From positions 1,536,894 to 1,600,893 of the forward strand of contig JAYQLI010000035.1 in assembly GCA_038143065.1 (NCBI GenBank): DNA of 64,000 nt, in the 5' to 3' direction. This DNA is from Rhodospirillales bacterium. Lineage in GTDB: Bacteria > Pseudomonadota > Alphaproteobacteria > Bin95. This document shows positions 41,509 through 51,375 of the stretch, piece by piece (positions within the stretch are counted from its first letter, which is position 1; every line of letters begins with the position of its first letter). A program made the translations under genes and the position numbers. The notes below the pieces were generated by a model that saw nothing but the letters and a program-made list of their open reading frames with translations, ran no database searches and was not told where the DNA came from.

Positions 41509-41835
41509 ATGATTTATGAGCTTCGCGTATACCACGCTATGCCAGGTAAAATGCCTGAATTACTGAAACGTTTCGATACAATCACGCTTGGCATTTGGGA
41601 AAGACACGGAATACGTCCCGCCGGCTTTTGGACCGTACTGGTGGGAGAATCTAACCAGGACCTTTATTACATGCTCGCCTGGGAGAGCCTTGCTGAACGC
41701 GAACAGAAGTGGGGCGCGTTCATGGCAGATCAAGAATGGATTTCCAAACGCGCTGAAACCGAGAAGAATGGTGCGCTTATTTCCGGGTATTCTAACTCAT
41801 TCTTACAGCCAACATCATTCTCTACAGTCAAGTAA
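41509..41835 (+). CDS. NIPSNAP family protein
   Basis: MIYELRVYH..PGK, GFWT, LYYMLAWESLAERE.KW.AF..D.EW, FLQPTSFS. Start reassigned to the ATG at 41509. Confidence 0.9.
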   Translation: MIYELRVYHAMPGKMPELLKRFDTITLGIWERHGIRPAGFWTVLVGESNQDLYYMLAWESLAEREQKWGAFMADQEWISKRAETEKNGALISGYSNSFLQPTSFSTVK

Positions 41836-42093
41836 TAAGTCTTGATGGCAACTGTGAGCGTTGCTGCTGATGCGACCCTAGACAGAGTTCTGCAGATGTG
41901 AACTGCTAGAATTTGTTTAGGGGTGCAATCGGCACTCCTCTAGATTTAACTAGAGACCTTAAATTTCTCGATCGCCAGAAAGCTGATCCAAAAATTCAAA
42001 TCAACTGCAAACTCCTGACTTCACCTTCATCCTTGAAGGCCTGCCAAAATATTAACTGTAAGCTTCAGTCGATTAATGAAAAGAGAGTAGAAA

Positions 42094-43037
42094 ATGTCTG
42101 ATATTCAAAAAGCATTGATCACAGGTGGAAATGGAAATCTTGGACGGTTGGTCGCCGCTCGCCTCAGGGGAGAGGAATTTCTATTGTACGTTTTGACTTA
42201 GAGGTGACTAAAGATATTCCAAGTGATGGGGATACCATCGTTCTAGGAGACATTCGGGATAAAACGATTGTCAAAAAAATGCTCGAGGAGCACCAACCCG
42301 ATATAGTCTACCATCTAGCATCATTATTATCTGGCAGCTCGGAAGAAGACATAGAGGCAGCATGGGCAATAAATGCGAATGCTTCTTTTGAATTATTGCG
42401 TGCTGCAATGGCAACGGGCGTAAGTCGCTTCTTTTTCGCCAGCACTGTTGCAACTTACGGTGATGGCCTTTCTGACCCACTTCCCCAAGATGCCGAGCAA
42501 TGGCCCTCCAACTTCTATGGAGCGAGCAAAGTAGCCGTTGAACGACTGGGTGTTTATTTCAAGCTCAAACATGGTTTGGATTTTCGCTGTCTACGTTTCC
42601 CATTAGTGATCTCCCCTTTTGCGCCAAAAACAGCTGTCACGGCTTACCCCTCCCACGCAATCAGAGCTGCGCATTCTGGAGAGCGCTTTGTATTCCCAGT
42701 TTCACCAGAAGTGGGTATGTCGACTTTATTCTTAGACGACGTCATTAGCTCAATCGTTCAATACAGCTTGGCTGAGGCTACTGGACTATCAAGACATTCC
42801 TACAACCTGCACGGTTATCATGTGACCGCAGAAGCAGTTGCAACAACCATCCGCAGACGATTTCAAGACTTCCAATACGAGTTTGCGCCAGACCCCGTCG
42901 TGGAAGCTCTGCTTAGCGGCTGGCCAAATGTTATGGCCGACGACGTTGCCAACAAAGACTGGGGTTGGAAACCAGCTTTTGATTTTAGCCAAAGTGCCGA
43001 TCGCATGTTCGAACTATTGGATGCAGAAAAGAGATAA
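42094..43037 (+). CDS. NAD-dependent epimerase/dehydratase (extended SDR, L-threonine 3-dehydrogenase-like); frameshifted at about 42168
   Basis: ATG 42094 gives MSDIQKALITGGNGNLG. One extra G in 42167-42170 joins it to ORF 42204-43037 (VYHLASLLS, YGASK, LDFRCLRFP, A.KDWGWKP). Confidence 0.85.
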
Positions 43038-43103
43038 TTCGTCGAACCTAAAACTTTCCGATAACCTTGCAATCAAAGCAGAAAATAAATTGAGGCGATA
43101 ACT

Positions 43104-44830
43104 ATGAGCAATGGAAACAAGGTCGTTGGCACAGGCGGCGAGTTACTGATGCACCAACTCGTCGCTCAGGGTGTAGAATACGCATTCACCAATACGGGTA
43201 GCGCAGAGGCAGGTTTCTTTGATGCATTCTTAACTGTTCCTGGTGTGCAGCCGATTCTTTGCCTTTCAGAACCCCTCGTACTCGCCGCAGCAGACGGTTA
43301 CGCCAAAGCAGCAAAGAAAACATCCTTCGTAAATGTTCATCTTGCCGCCGGAACACGCCAAGGCTCTGGTCAGTTATTCAATGCTTATTTTGATGGGACG
43401 CCGATGGTAGTTACTGCGGCACTTAGGGATAACGGTTCATTTGGAGACCACAACACTTTAGGTGCCTCAGCAGGCTTTGCTCAGATGAACGTTGTCCAGG
43501 ACGTCACGAAGCAGCGCTGGGAAGTTACAAACCATGCTGGAATTCCAATGGCAACACGTCGTGCATTCAAAGCGGCCGGCACAATGCCCACTGGACCAGT
43601 TTACGTTGCCTATTCGAGTCCTGCACTCGACGCAAAAAATGTTGAAGGCATTATCCGACCCGGCCTGCCTTTGGAAACTCCAGTGGCTGCAGCTGACACT
43701 ACATTGCAAAGAATACATGACGCACTGATAAACGCTGAAAACCCACTACTTTTAGTAGGTCCTGATGTACACGCCGCAGGTGCTCAACGGGAAATACTCG
43801 AACTCTCAGAAAATTACGCTTTACCTACCGCGGTTGGCTATTTCGATTACGGCGCCTTTCCAATGGCGCATCCAAACTATATTGGCATGATCGATGTCAT
43901 ACCCAATGAAGGGTATGATGTAATTCTAACCGTTGGTTATCGTCAAAATACCCGAGCCGGGGCATCGGATGACAGGTTTGCAGCCGAACTCATAATAGCG
44001 CTCGGCCATGATCCCAACATGATCGGCAGTACCTATGCTGTCGACATTGGCGTCTTGGGAAATGTTAAACACTCGGTCGCGGGAATAAACAATCTTTGGA
44101 GACCTGGCGACGCCAATCAAAAACACATTCAAGAGCGCCGTCAATCTTTGGCAAAACAAGCTCGAGAACGAGCTGAAAAATATACTTTAGAGAAGGCAAA
44201 ACGAGCAGGCGAAACCCCAATCCATCCTAACTATCTAGGCCTGTTGATGGCAGAGACACTTGCTGAAGGCACTGTTTTTGTTTCCGAAAATTTCCGCGCT
44301 GCAGATCATATGATGCCGCTAGGCTACGAAGACAAAGACTGGAGCTTGGTTCGGACTTTTGGCGGAAGCCTAGGCTTCGGCCTGGGCGCTGCCATAGGAG
44401 CACAGTTAGGTTCACCAGACAGACCAACTACACTAAGCATTGGTGATGCATCGGTGATGTATGGGCCATCCGGTTTTTGGACAATGGCCCGTTACGGACT
44501 GCCGATATTGACTATTGTCTGGAACAATCAGGGATATCAGACCGTTCGGACAAATTTTGCTTCCTGGGAGGCAATATGAAAGACCAGAATCGCTATCCAG
44601 AGACATTCCTTGGTGATCCAGAAATAGACTTTGTTCTGCTTGCTAAGGCTCAGGGGATAGATGGGATGCGGGTTGAAGACCCCAAAGACTTGAACGCTGC
44701 TCTAAAAAGAGGGCGTGAGGTCCAATCCGCAGGAGAGCCGTATTTACTCGATGTTAGAATTGCCAACGTAGGCGCCGGTTCCGATCAGTCCTGGTATATG
44801 AACCATAAAGTCAGTGAAAAGTATAAGTGA
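43104..44830 (+). CDS. Thiamine-diphosphate-dependent enzyme (benzoylformate decarboxylase/acetolactate synthase-like); frameshifted at about 44567
   Basis: GVEYAFTNTGSAE, LSE..AAADGYA, PTGPVYV, GGSLGFGLGAAIG, ThDP motif IGDAS..WTMARY..WNNQGY. One extra G at 44566-44568 joins the C-terminus IDFVLLAKAQG..PYLLDV. Confidence 0.87.
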
Positions 44831-44986
44831 GAACAGGATTTCCACACCTACTGGCATATGTATACAGCGCCTAATAATTCTTTAAGCAAAGCTGGTTTTG
44901 AAAATATTAGCAGTTGCAACTGACTACCGTGGTAGCACCGCAGTTTTTCATTGATGACCTAGCTAATCGCGGTCTGTATGGGATGC

Positions 44987-45016
44987 TTGACTACAGGGTG
45001 GCGAGTCTCGTATACA
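44987..45016 (+). promoter_or_regulatory. Putative sigma-70 promoter of rpmB
   Basis: TTGACT-N18-TATACA followed by GC-rich CCGCGGC. Confidence 0.5.
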
Positions 45017-45062
45017 CCGCGGCTCAGAATAGTGTTCAATAACCATAAGTAGGACCATTACC

Positions 45063-45365
45063 ATGGCCCGTCGATGTGCAGTAAGCGGCAAAAGCGTAAT
45101 GGTTGGCAATAATGTCAGCCACGCAAACAATAAAACTAAGCGGACCTTCCGCCCTAATCTTCAGAGTGTGACCTTGATGTCCGATACTCTGGGTTCAAAA
45201 GTGCGCTTGCGCCTTACAACCCACGCGCTCCGCACCATCGAACACAATGGTGGATTAGACTCGTATCTTTTATCAGCGGGCGCTTCTAAGCTGACCCCTG
45301 AAATCCGTAAGCTTAAGCGTCAGGTTTCACGAGCCAAGGCAAAAAAGGAAGCTTCTGCAGCCTAA
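45063..45365 (+). CDS. rpmB: 50S ribosomal protein L28
   Basis: MARRCAVSGK..GNNVSHANNKTKR.F.PNLQ, LRTIEHNGGLD. Confidence 0.98.
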   Translation: MARRCAVSGKSVMVGNNVSHANNKTKRTFRPNLQSVTLMSDTLGSKVRLRLTTHALRTIEHNGGLDSYLLSAGASKLTPEIRKLKRQVSRAKAKKEASAA

Positions 45366-45388
45366 ATTTTCTAAAGCTCGTTAATGCC

Positions 45389-45420
45389 AAAACGCCCGCA
45401 TTTTAGCGGGCGTTTTTTGT
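45389..45420. terminator. Bidirectional intrinsic terminator between the convergent rpmB and ACAD genes
   Basis: AAAACGCCCGC-ATTTTA-GCGGGCGTTTT followed by further T residues. Confidence 0.88.
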
Positions 45421-45451
45421 TTGATGATATATTCGGTTTAATCACATTCAA

Positions 45452-46639
45452 TTAGCCAAAAATTAATAGCTTTTTTGGCAGTCCGAGTTCACGCTCACCG
45501 ATGTAAGAGAGAACAAGTTCTCGACTGATAGGAGCAATACGAGCAATCATTATCTCTCGGAAAAGGCGCTCTACATGGAACTCCTTAGCGTATCCCATAC
45601 CACCATGGGTGAGGATAGCCCGTTCACACGCCTCAAATCCAACTTCACCTGCAAGGTACTTAGCTGCGTTTGCTTCGCCACCACAGGGTTCTTTGTTATC
45701 GTATAGCCAAGCTGCTTTATATGTTAGTAATCGTGCCGCCTCTAACTTTGCCCAACTATCAGCAAGCGGATGCTGGATGCCTTGGTTTTGGCCAATTGGG
45801 CGCCCAAAGACAACTCGATCACGTGCGTAGGCTGCCGCCCTCTTGAGTGCAGCTTTACCAATTCCAATTGCTTCAGCCGCAATCAAAACGCGTGCTGGGT
45901 TCAAACCATCTAATAAATAATAGAAGCCGCGACCCTCCTCGCCGATACGGTCCTCGTCACGAACTTCAAGGCCATCTATAAAAAGAGCATTAGTATCTAC
46001 CGCCTTACGGCCCATCTTTGGGATCTCACGAATTTCGACCTTATTACGATCAAGGTCCGTATAAAAAAGTGTGATCCCGTCAAATGCACGTTTGCACTGC
46101 TCTTTCGGAGTAGTCCGCGCAAGCAATAGTATCTTATTTGCCCTTTGAGCTGTTGTAGTCCACATCTTTTGACCATGAACTACATAACCAGAAGATGTTC
46201 GTTCTGCCTTAGTAGTAATTGAGGCAGTGTTCAGACCTGCATTCGGCTCTGTAACACCAAAGCAAGTCTTTTCCTTCCCTGCAATTAAAGGAGGCAGGAA
46301 CCTTTGGCGCTGCTCAGGAGTGCCATGTTTGACGATTGGATGAGGACCAAAAATGTTAATGTGAACAGCTGATGCCCCAGATAACCCAGCCCCAGATTCG
46401 GCTATTGCTTCCATAAGCACACAGCCTTCTGCAATACCTAGCGCAGAGCCACCAAACTCTTCTGGCATTGCTATGCCAAGCCAACCATCCTTAGCCAGAG
46501 CTTGATAGAAATCTTCAGGAAATTCGCCCGTGTTATCACGGTCAAGCCAATAGTCCGGACCAAAGCCTTCGCAAAGCCGCCAAACCGCCTCTCTGATCTG
46601 CTCTTGCTGTGCGGTAAACTTAAAATCCATGACGTTCAT
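45452..46639 (-). CDS. Acyl-CoA dehydrogenase family protein
   Basis: GWLGIAMPEEFGG, CFGVTEPNAG, GQKMWTT, KMGRKAVD, RVVFGRPIGQNQGIQHPLA, THGGMGYAKE. The C-terminus would read GLPKSY* if one T is removed from 45471-45476. Confidence 0.92.
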   Translation of the reverse strand: MNVMDFKFTAQQEQIREAVWRLCEGFGPDYWLDRDNTGEFPEDFYQALAKDGWLGIAMPEEFGGSALGIAEGCVLMEAIAESGAGLSGASAVHINIFGPHPIVKHGTPEQRQRFLPPLIAGKEKTCFGVTEPNAGLNTASITTKAERTSSGYVVHGQKMWTTTAQRANKILLLARTTPKEQCKRAFDGITLFYTDLDRNKVEIREIPKMGRKAVDTNALFIDGLEVRDEDRIGEEGRGFYYLLDGLNPARVLIAAEAIGIGKAALKRAAAYARDRVVFGRPIGQNQGIQHPLADSWAKLEAARLLTYKAAWLYDNKEPCGGEANAAKYLAGEVGFEACERAILTHGGMGYAKEFHVERLFREIMIARIAPISRELVLSYIGERELGLPKKLLIFG

Positions 46640-46926
46640 TCTCCCGGAAAGAAGTACCCATTGACTTATTAGGCTAGGGCGAAATCTGAAACACGTCGAT
46701 ATACCAGATCATAAAAGTCATCAATCTATCCTAAAATTTTCAATAAAAATGCTTCGCAATCAGCGCTTAAAGATTCAGGACGAGTTTTGTTTGGAAAATT
46801 TTTTACCCGCATGGTTGCAACTAATTCGCAAAATTGAGTGGTTAGAAAATTGGAAAATTATTGCAACCTAGCGCATTCGATTGACCCATGCCTAAGATGG
46901 CAGACTTAAATCTGGGGAGAGAATCC

Positions 46927-47966
46927 ATGCGGCTCGGCATGTTGCTTAAATATAAAGGTGAGGCAGGAGGTCCAGATATGGACACCGTCCGCGAAGCTGA
47001 GCGGCTTGGATTCGAGAGTGTTTGGTCTGGTGAAAGCTGGGGTGTTGATACAGTTACACCACTGACATGGGTGCTGGCACAAACAACAAAAATTAAAGCT
47101 GGTGCTGGTATCATGCAGATGCCCGCGCGAACACCGGCCTGCGCTGCCATGACAATGATGACATTGAACGCAATGTCAGGCGGAAGGTTCCTGATGGGCA
47201 TTGGACCATCAGGCCCTCAGGTAATAGAGGGCTGGCACGGCCAAGCCTTTGGAAAACCTCTTCTGAGAACTCGCGAGTATATTGAAATTTTGCGTCGTGC
47301 ATTGGCTCGCGAGGAGCCGTTAATGTTCGATGGCGAGCATTATCAAATTCCCTATCAAGGCGAAGGTTCTACGGGGCTTGGCAAGCCTCTGAAGAGTATT
47401 CTCCATGGAGACCCTAGCAATAAAATTTACACCGCCTCATTCTCGCCCGCCGGTCTGCGAACGGCAGGCGAAGTGGCTGATGGAACGCTCCCTATTTATA
47501 TGTCGCCCGAACAAACAGGCCTCATTGTAGATCCAGTTTTGGAGGGAATATCCAAAGCAGATAATGGAAAAACCTTAGCTGATTTCGATATCTGTCCGTA
47601 TGTTCGTGTCGCTATGGGTGATGATGTTGCTGCTTGTCGAGATAAAATTCGACCTGAATTGGCGCTGTATATTGGTGGAATGGGAGCGCGAGAAAAAACT
47701 TCTACAATGATTACGCAAAGCGCCTCGGCTACGCAGACGCTGCCTCTGAAATTCAGGATGCATTCCTAGGGGGCAGACGGAAAGAAGCAATGGCTGCTGT
47801 TCCGGACGCTCTAGTAGACGAACTGTGCTTAGTAGGTCCTCCGGATCGCATCAAGGACCGTATTCAGGTATGGAAAGAAGCGTCAAACACAGGCGCTGTT
47901 GGAGCAATTCTGCTTGGTGGAGCTTCCAAAGAAGCCATGCGCGTGATAGCGGAAGCTGCAGCATAA
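46927..47966 (+). CDS. LLM-class oxidoreductase of the F420-associated Rv3520c-like family; frameshifted at about 47695
   Basis: GESWGVD, QMPARTPACAAMT, LMGIGPSGPQVIEGWHG..KPL.RTREY, TGLGKPLK, ALYIGGMGA. One extra A in 47693-47698 restores KNFYNDYAKRLGY..AVPDALVDE..LVGP, with the stop at 47966. Confidence 0.88.
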
Positions 47967-47969
47967 CGC

Positions 47970-48965
47970 ATGGGCAAAGCTAAGGTAGCATTCATCGGGA
48001 CGGGGGGAACGATTGCGTCTCACGGAACCGATCCACTAGATCTCATAGCCTACAGTCGAACTAAGCGAGTATATCCGTTAGACGAGCTACTTAGAATGAA
48101 TCCAGTTCTAAGGGACGTTGCAGATATAATTGAGGCTCCCTTCAGACAGGTCCACTCAACTTCCATGGGGCCAGCCGATTGGCCTGATCTTGCCAAGCAT
48201 ATCGATAACCTCTTGTCGGCCGACTCAGATTTGGTTGGCGCTGTGGTAACTCATGGCACTGCTACTCTTGAAGAAACAGCATACTTTCTGAACCTGGTGC
48301 TAAAAACTGAAAAGACCGTGGTACTCGTAGGGGCACAGAGACCGCCTACCGGACTTTCAACAGACGCATTTCTTAACCTCGTCAATGGGGCAAGGGTAGC
48401 GGCAGCGCCTGAAGCTCAAGGTTTAGGAGTCCTAGTATGCCTAAATGACGAAATACATGCTGCTCGCGAAGTTACAAAAACATCTACCTTCCGACTGCAA
48501 ACATTTCGAACACCTGATTTTGGTCTTCTGGGGCATGCGGATGCTGATGAAGTAGCCATCTATCGACGTCCAATTCGCGCTCATGCCCCAAATACTCCAT
48601 TTACTGTTAATTCTGATCTGCCTAGAGTTGATATCGCAATAAGTTATGCGGGCTCAGACGGGGCTCAAATACGTGGTCTCATGGCATCACAACCATCGGG
48701 AATTATAGTTGCCGGTTTTGCCCCGGGCATGACCACTCCAGGAGAACGAACAGCAATAGGGGAAGCCCTAGAGTCTGGTATTGCAGTCGTGCAGGCAACA
48801 CGCGCGCTCTCAGGCCGTGTGGTTCACTTTGATGGGCTTCGACCGAGAGGTATGGTGGTTTCTGACAACCTTTCACCGCAGAAGGCTAGAGTACTTTTAA
48901 TGATAGCTTTGGCTCATGGGATGACATCAGAGAAAGATTTATTAGATGTCTTTAAGACCTTTTAA
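47970..48965 (+). CDS. L-asparaginase/glutaminase family amidohydrolase (no signal peptide)
   Basis: GTGGTIAS, THGTATLEETAYFL, VGAQRP, AREVTKT, DNLSPQKARVLL. Confidence 0.9.
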   Translation: MGKAKVAFIGTGGTIASHGTDPLDLIAYSRTKRVYPLDELLRMNPVLRDVADIIEAPFRQVHSTSMGPADWPDLAKHIDNLLSADSDLVGAVVTHGTATLEETAYFLNLVLKTEKTVVLVGAQRPPTGLSTDAFLNLVNGARVAAAPEAQGLGVLVCLNDEIHAAREVTKTSTFRLQTFRTPDFGLLGHADADEVAIYRRPIRAHAPNTPFTVNSDLPRVDIAISYAGSDGAQIRGLMASQPSGIIVAGFAPGMTTPGERTAIGEALESGIAVVQATRALSGRVVHFDGLRPRGMVVSDNLSPQKARVLLMIALAHGMTSEKDLLDVFKTF

Positions 48966-49058
48966 AGATCTGACTTGAGAATTCCAAAATTTTGTCCTTT
49001 ACCTTATCCTAAGCCCCCAGGCTCAATCCCCCACTTTAGTGGGCATTTGAACGAGAAA

Positions 49059-49394
49059 ATGATCATGCCCGCGCTTAGCTTTCTAATTCGTCTGATCATT
49101 CTTGTAGCCGCTGTATTTTTTTCTATGGCAAACACAGAATCAGTGGGTGTTGGCATATGGCCTCTAGAAGAGCGCATCGACATGCCGTTGTTCCTCCCGA
49201 TCCTTACAGCAATTGCATTGGGGTTCCTGCTAGGTTGGATAAGAGCATGGATAAAGTTTGGCCGAACACGTCAGGAACTTAGAAAAACCCGTCGCGAGCT
49301 TCGTGCTGCTGATTTAGAAGTAGGACGTTTGAAAGACGAACTAAAATCCCAACAACTCCAAAATCTTCCCGCGATAGATTCGAACTCAAACTAA
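49059..49394 (+). CDS. lapA: LapA (DUF1049)-like small membrane protein
   Basis: TM1 ending FSMAN..V....WP, TM2 PLFLPIL..LGFLLG, then a basic coiled-coil tail; sits upstream of trpF as in other Alphaproteobacteria. Confidence 0.7.
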   Translation: MIMPALSFLIRLIILVAAVFFSMANTESVGVGIWPLEERIDMPLFLPILTAIALGFLLGWIRAWIKFGRTRQELRKTRRELRAADLEVGRLKDELKSQQLQNLPAIDSNSN

Positions 49395-49422
49395 AGAAAT
49401 GAACACCTAAAACAGAGGCCGT

Positions 49423-50067
49423 ATGCAAATCGAAGTTAAAATTTGTGGGATCTCCGAATCTACTGGCCTAGATGCAGCGCTGGAAAGCGATGCAACGTAT
49501 GTAGGTTTTGTTTTCTTTCCACCATCCCCAAGATCTGTAACCACGGAAATTGCATCAGAGCTAGCAAAAGCGTCTGAAGGACGAACAAAACGCGTTGGTT
49601 TGATGGTTAATCCGACTGATTTTGAAATTTCTGAAATTACAACCAAAGTATCGCTCGACATAATTCAATTGCACGGAAGTGAGACCCCTGAACGGACAAG
49701 CGAAATACGTCGCAAATTTGGTTTGCCCATAATCAAGGCTATCCCAATAGCAACCGCAGATGATCTAAATAGCTCTCTGACGTGGGGCACATCAGCAGGT
49801 ATGTTGCTTTTTGACGCCAAACCTCCATCGAAACCCAATTCATTACCAGGGGGCAATGCAATTAGCTTTGACTGGAGCCTTCTAGCCAATAACAAACTTT
49901 CGAACTCTTGGATGCTTTCCGGTGGCCTAACGCAAGATAATGTAAAAGAAGCAATTCGTCTGACGGGAGCTAATGCCGTTGATGTTTCTTCTGGGGTTGA
50001 GAGTTCGCGTGGAGTGAAAGACCCAGACATGATCCGAGCCTTTATCCAGGCTGCACGGAGTTCCTGA
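49423..50067 (+). CDS. trpF: Phosphoribosylanthranilate isomerase
   Basis: VKICGI, GFVFFPPSPR, IQLHGSETP, LFDAKPP, GGNAISFDW, LSGGL, VDVSSGVE. Confidence 0.97.
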   Translation: MQIEVKICGISESTGLDAALESDATYVGFVFFPPSPRSVTTEIASELAKASEGRTKRVGLMVNPTDFEISEITTKVSLDIIQLHGSETPERTSEIRRKFGLPIIKAIPIATADDLNSSLTWGTSAGMLLFDAKPPSKPNSLPGGNAISFDWSLLANNKLSNSWMLSGGLTQDNVKEAIRLTGANAVDVSSGVESSRGVKDPDMIRAFIQAARSS

Positions 50068-50157
50068 CAATATAAATAGCTAAATTAGTTGGATTTCTTG
50101 GTGCTCGGCGCTATTGTCCCTTCATATTTTCACACGACCTTGAAAGCCAGTCAGACG

Positions 50158-51375
50158 ATGAGCCCCGACGGCCTAAATTCTTTTCGCGCTGGCCCAGACG
50201 AAACCGGCCGGTTTGGCCTTTTCGGTGGGCGCTATGTTGCCGAAACTTTAATGCCTCTTATCTTAGAGGTGGAGCAGGCGTATCATAATGCGCGCAGGGA
50301 CCCCGAGTTCTTGCGCCTTATGGACTATTACCTAGCGCACTATGTGGGTCGACCAAGTCCTTTGTACTTTGCCGAACGACTCACGGAGCATCTCGGCGGA
50401 GCAAAAATTTATTTTAAACGCGATGAGCTAAATCATACCGGGAGCCATAAAGCCAATAATGTCTTGGGCCAGGTTTTGTTAGCTAAACGCATGGGTAAAA
50501 CCCGAATTATTGCAGAAACTGGAGCGGGCCAGCATGGGGTTGCAACAGCAACTTTCTGCGCTCTTTTTGACATCCCCTGCGTGATCTACATGGGTGCTAC
50601 GGATGTTGAAAGACAGGCTCCTAACGTTGCACGGATGAAACTTCTTGGCGCTGAAGTCCGTCCAGTAACGTCCGGTTCACAGACCTTAAAAGATGCAATG
50701 AACGAAGGACTACGTGACTGGGTGTCTCATGTACACGACACATACTACGTCATTGGGACAGCTGCCGGCCCTCATCCTTACCCTGAAATGGTAAGAGATT
50801 TTCAATCCGTGATTGGCCGCGAGACGCGCGAACAAATTATGGCCGCCGAAGGGCGTCTCCCTGATACACTGATTGCCTGTATAGGTGGGGGTTCAAATGC
50901 CATAGGTATCTTCCACCCTTTCCTCGACGATAAAGATGTTGAGATGTTTGGGGTCGAAGCAGCTGGACGAGGTGTGGATACCGGTGAGCATGCCGCTGCT
51001 ATTGGTGGTGGAACGCCAGGAGTACTCCATGGCAACCGCACTTATCTACTGCAAGATGATGATGGGCAAATTGCTGAAGCGCACTCCATATCTGCTGGCT
51101 TAGACTACCCAGGAATAGGACCAGAGCATTCATGGCTAGCCCAGCAAGGGCGCGTAAAATACGTAAATGCTACAGATGATGAAGCTCTAGAAGCTTTTCA
51201 AACTTGCGCAAAACTGGAGGGCATCATACCGGCTCTTGAACCAGCCCCCGCTTTAGCCTTTGTTCTGCGATGGGCAGGCAAACAGCCAAAAGAAAAACTT
51301 GTTGTAATGAATATGTGTGGACGAGGAGATAAGGACGTTTTTGCCGTGGCTGAACGTTTAGGAATGCCAATATGA
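50158..51375 (+). CDS. trpB: Tryptophan synthase beta chain
   Basis: [23 protein letters not shown] (PLP Lys), [38 protein letters not shown]. Confidence 0.99.
   Translation: MSPDGLNSFRAGPDETGRFGLFGGRYVAETLMPLILEVEQAYHNARRDPEFLRLMDYYLAHYVGRPSPLYFAERLTEHLGGAKIYFKRDELNHTGSHKANNVLGQVLLAKRMGKTRIIAETGAGQHGVATATFCALFDIPCVIYMGATDVERQAPNVARMKLLGAEVRPVTSGSQTLKDAMNEGLRDWVSHVHDTYYVIGTAAGPHPYPEMVRDFQSVIGRETREQIMAAEGRLPDTLIACIGGGSNAIGIFHPFLDDKDVEMFGVEAAGRGVDTGEHAAAIGGGTPGVLHGNRTYLLQDDDGQIAEAHSISAGLDYPGIGPEHSWLAQQGRVKYVNATDDEALEAFQTCAKLEGIIPALEPAPALAFVLRWAGKQPKEKLVVMNMCGRGDKDVFAVAERLGMPI

Noticed and set aside
37161-45062. tRNA-Val as the attachment site of a genomic island covering the accessory genes downstream
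   Set aside because: No integrase, no duplicate of the tRNA 3' end found by eye, and no obvious composition shift.
44911-46823. GTTGCAAC palindromes (CAGTTGCAACTG at 44911, TGGTTGCAACTA at 46812) as a shared operator
   Set aside because: The same 8-mer also occurs inside coding regions (for example near 42447, 42837 and 50539), so it is not clearly enriched in intergenic DNA.
9635-47966. Programmed ribosomal frameshifting or phase variation as the cause of the split genes
   Set aside because: The runs are short (2-6 nt), of all four bases, share no slippery motif, and fall in unrelated genes. Sequencing error is more parsimonious; the pattern is kept only as a checkable finding.
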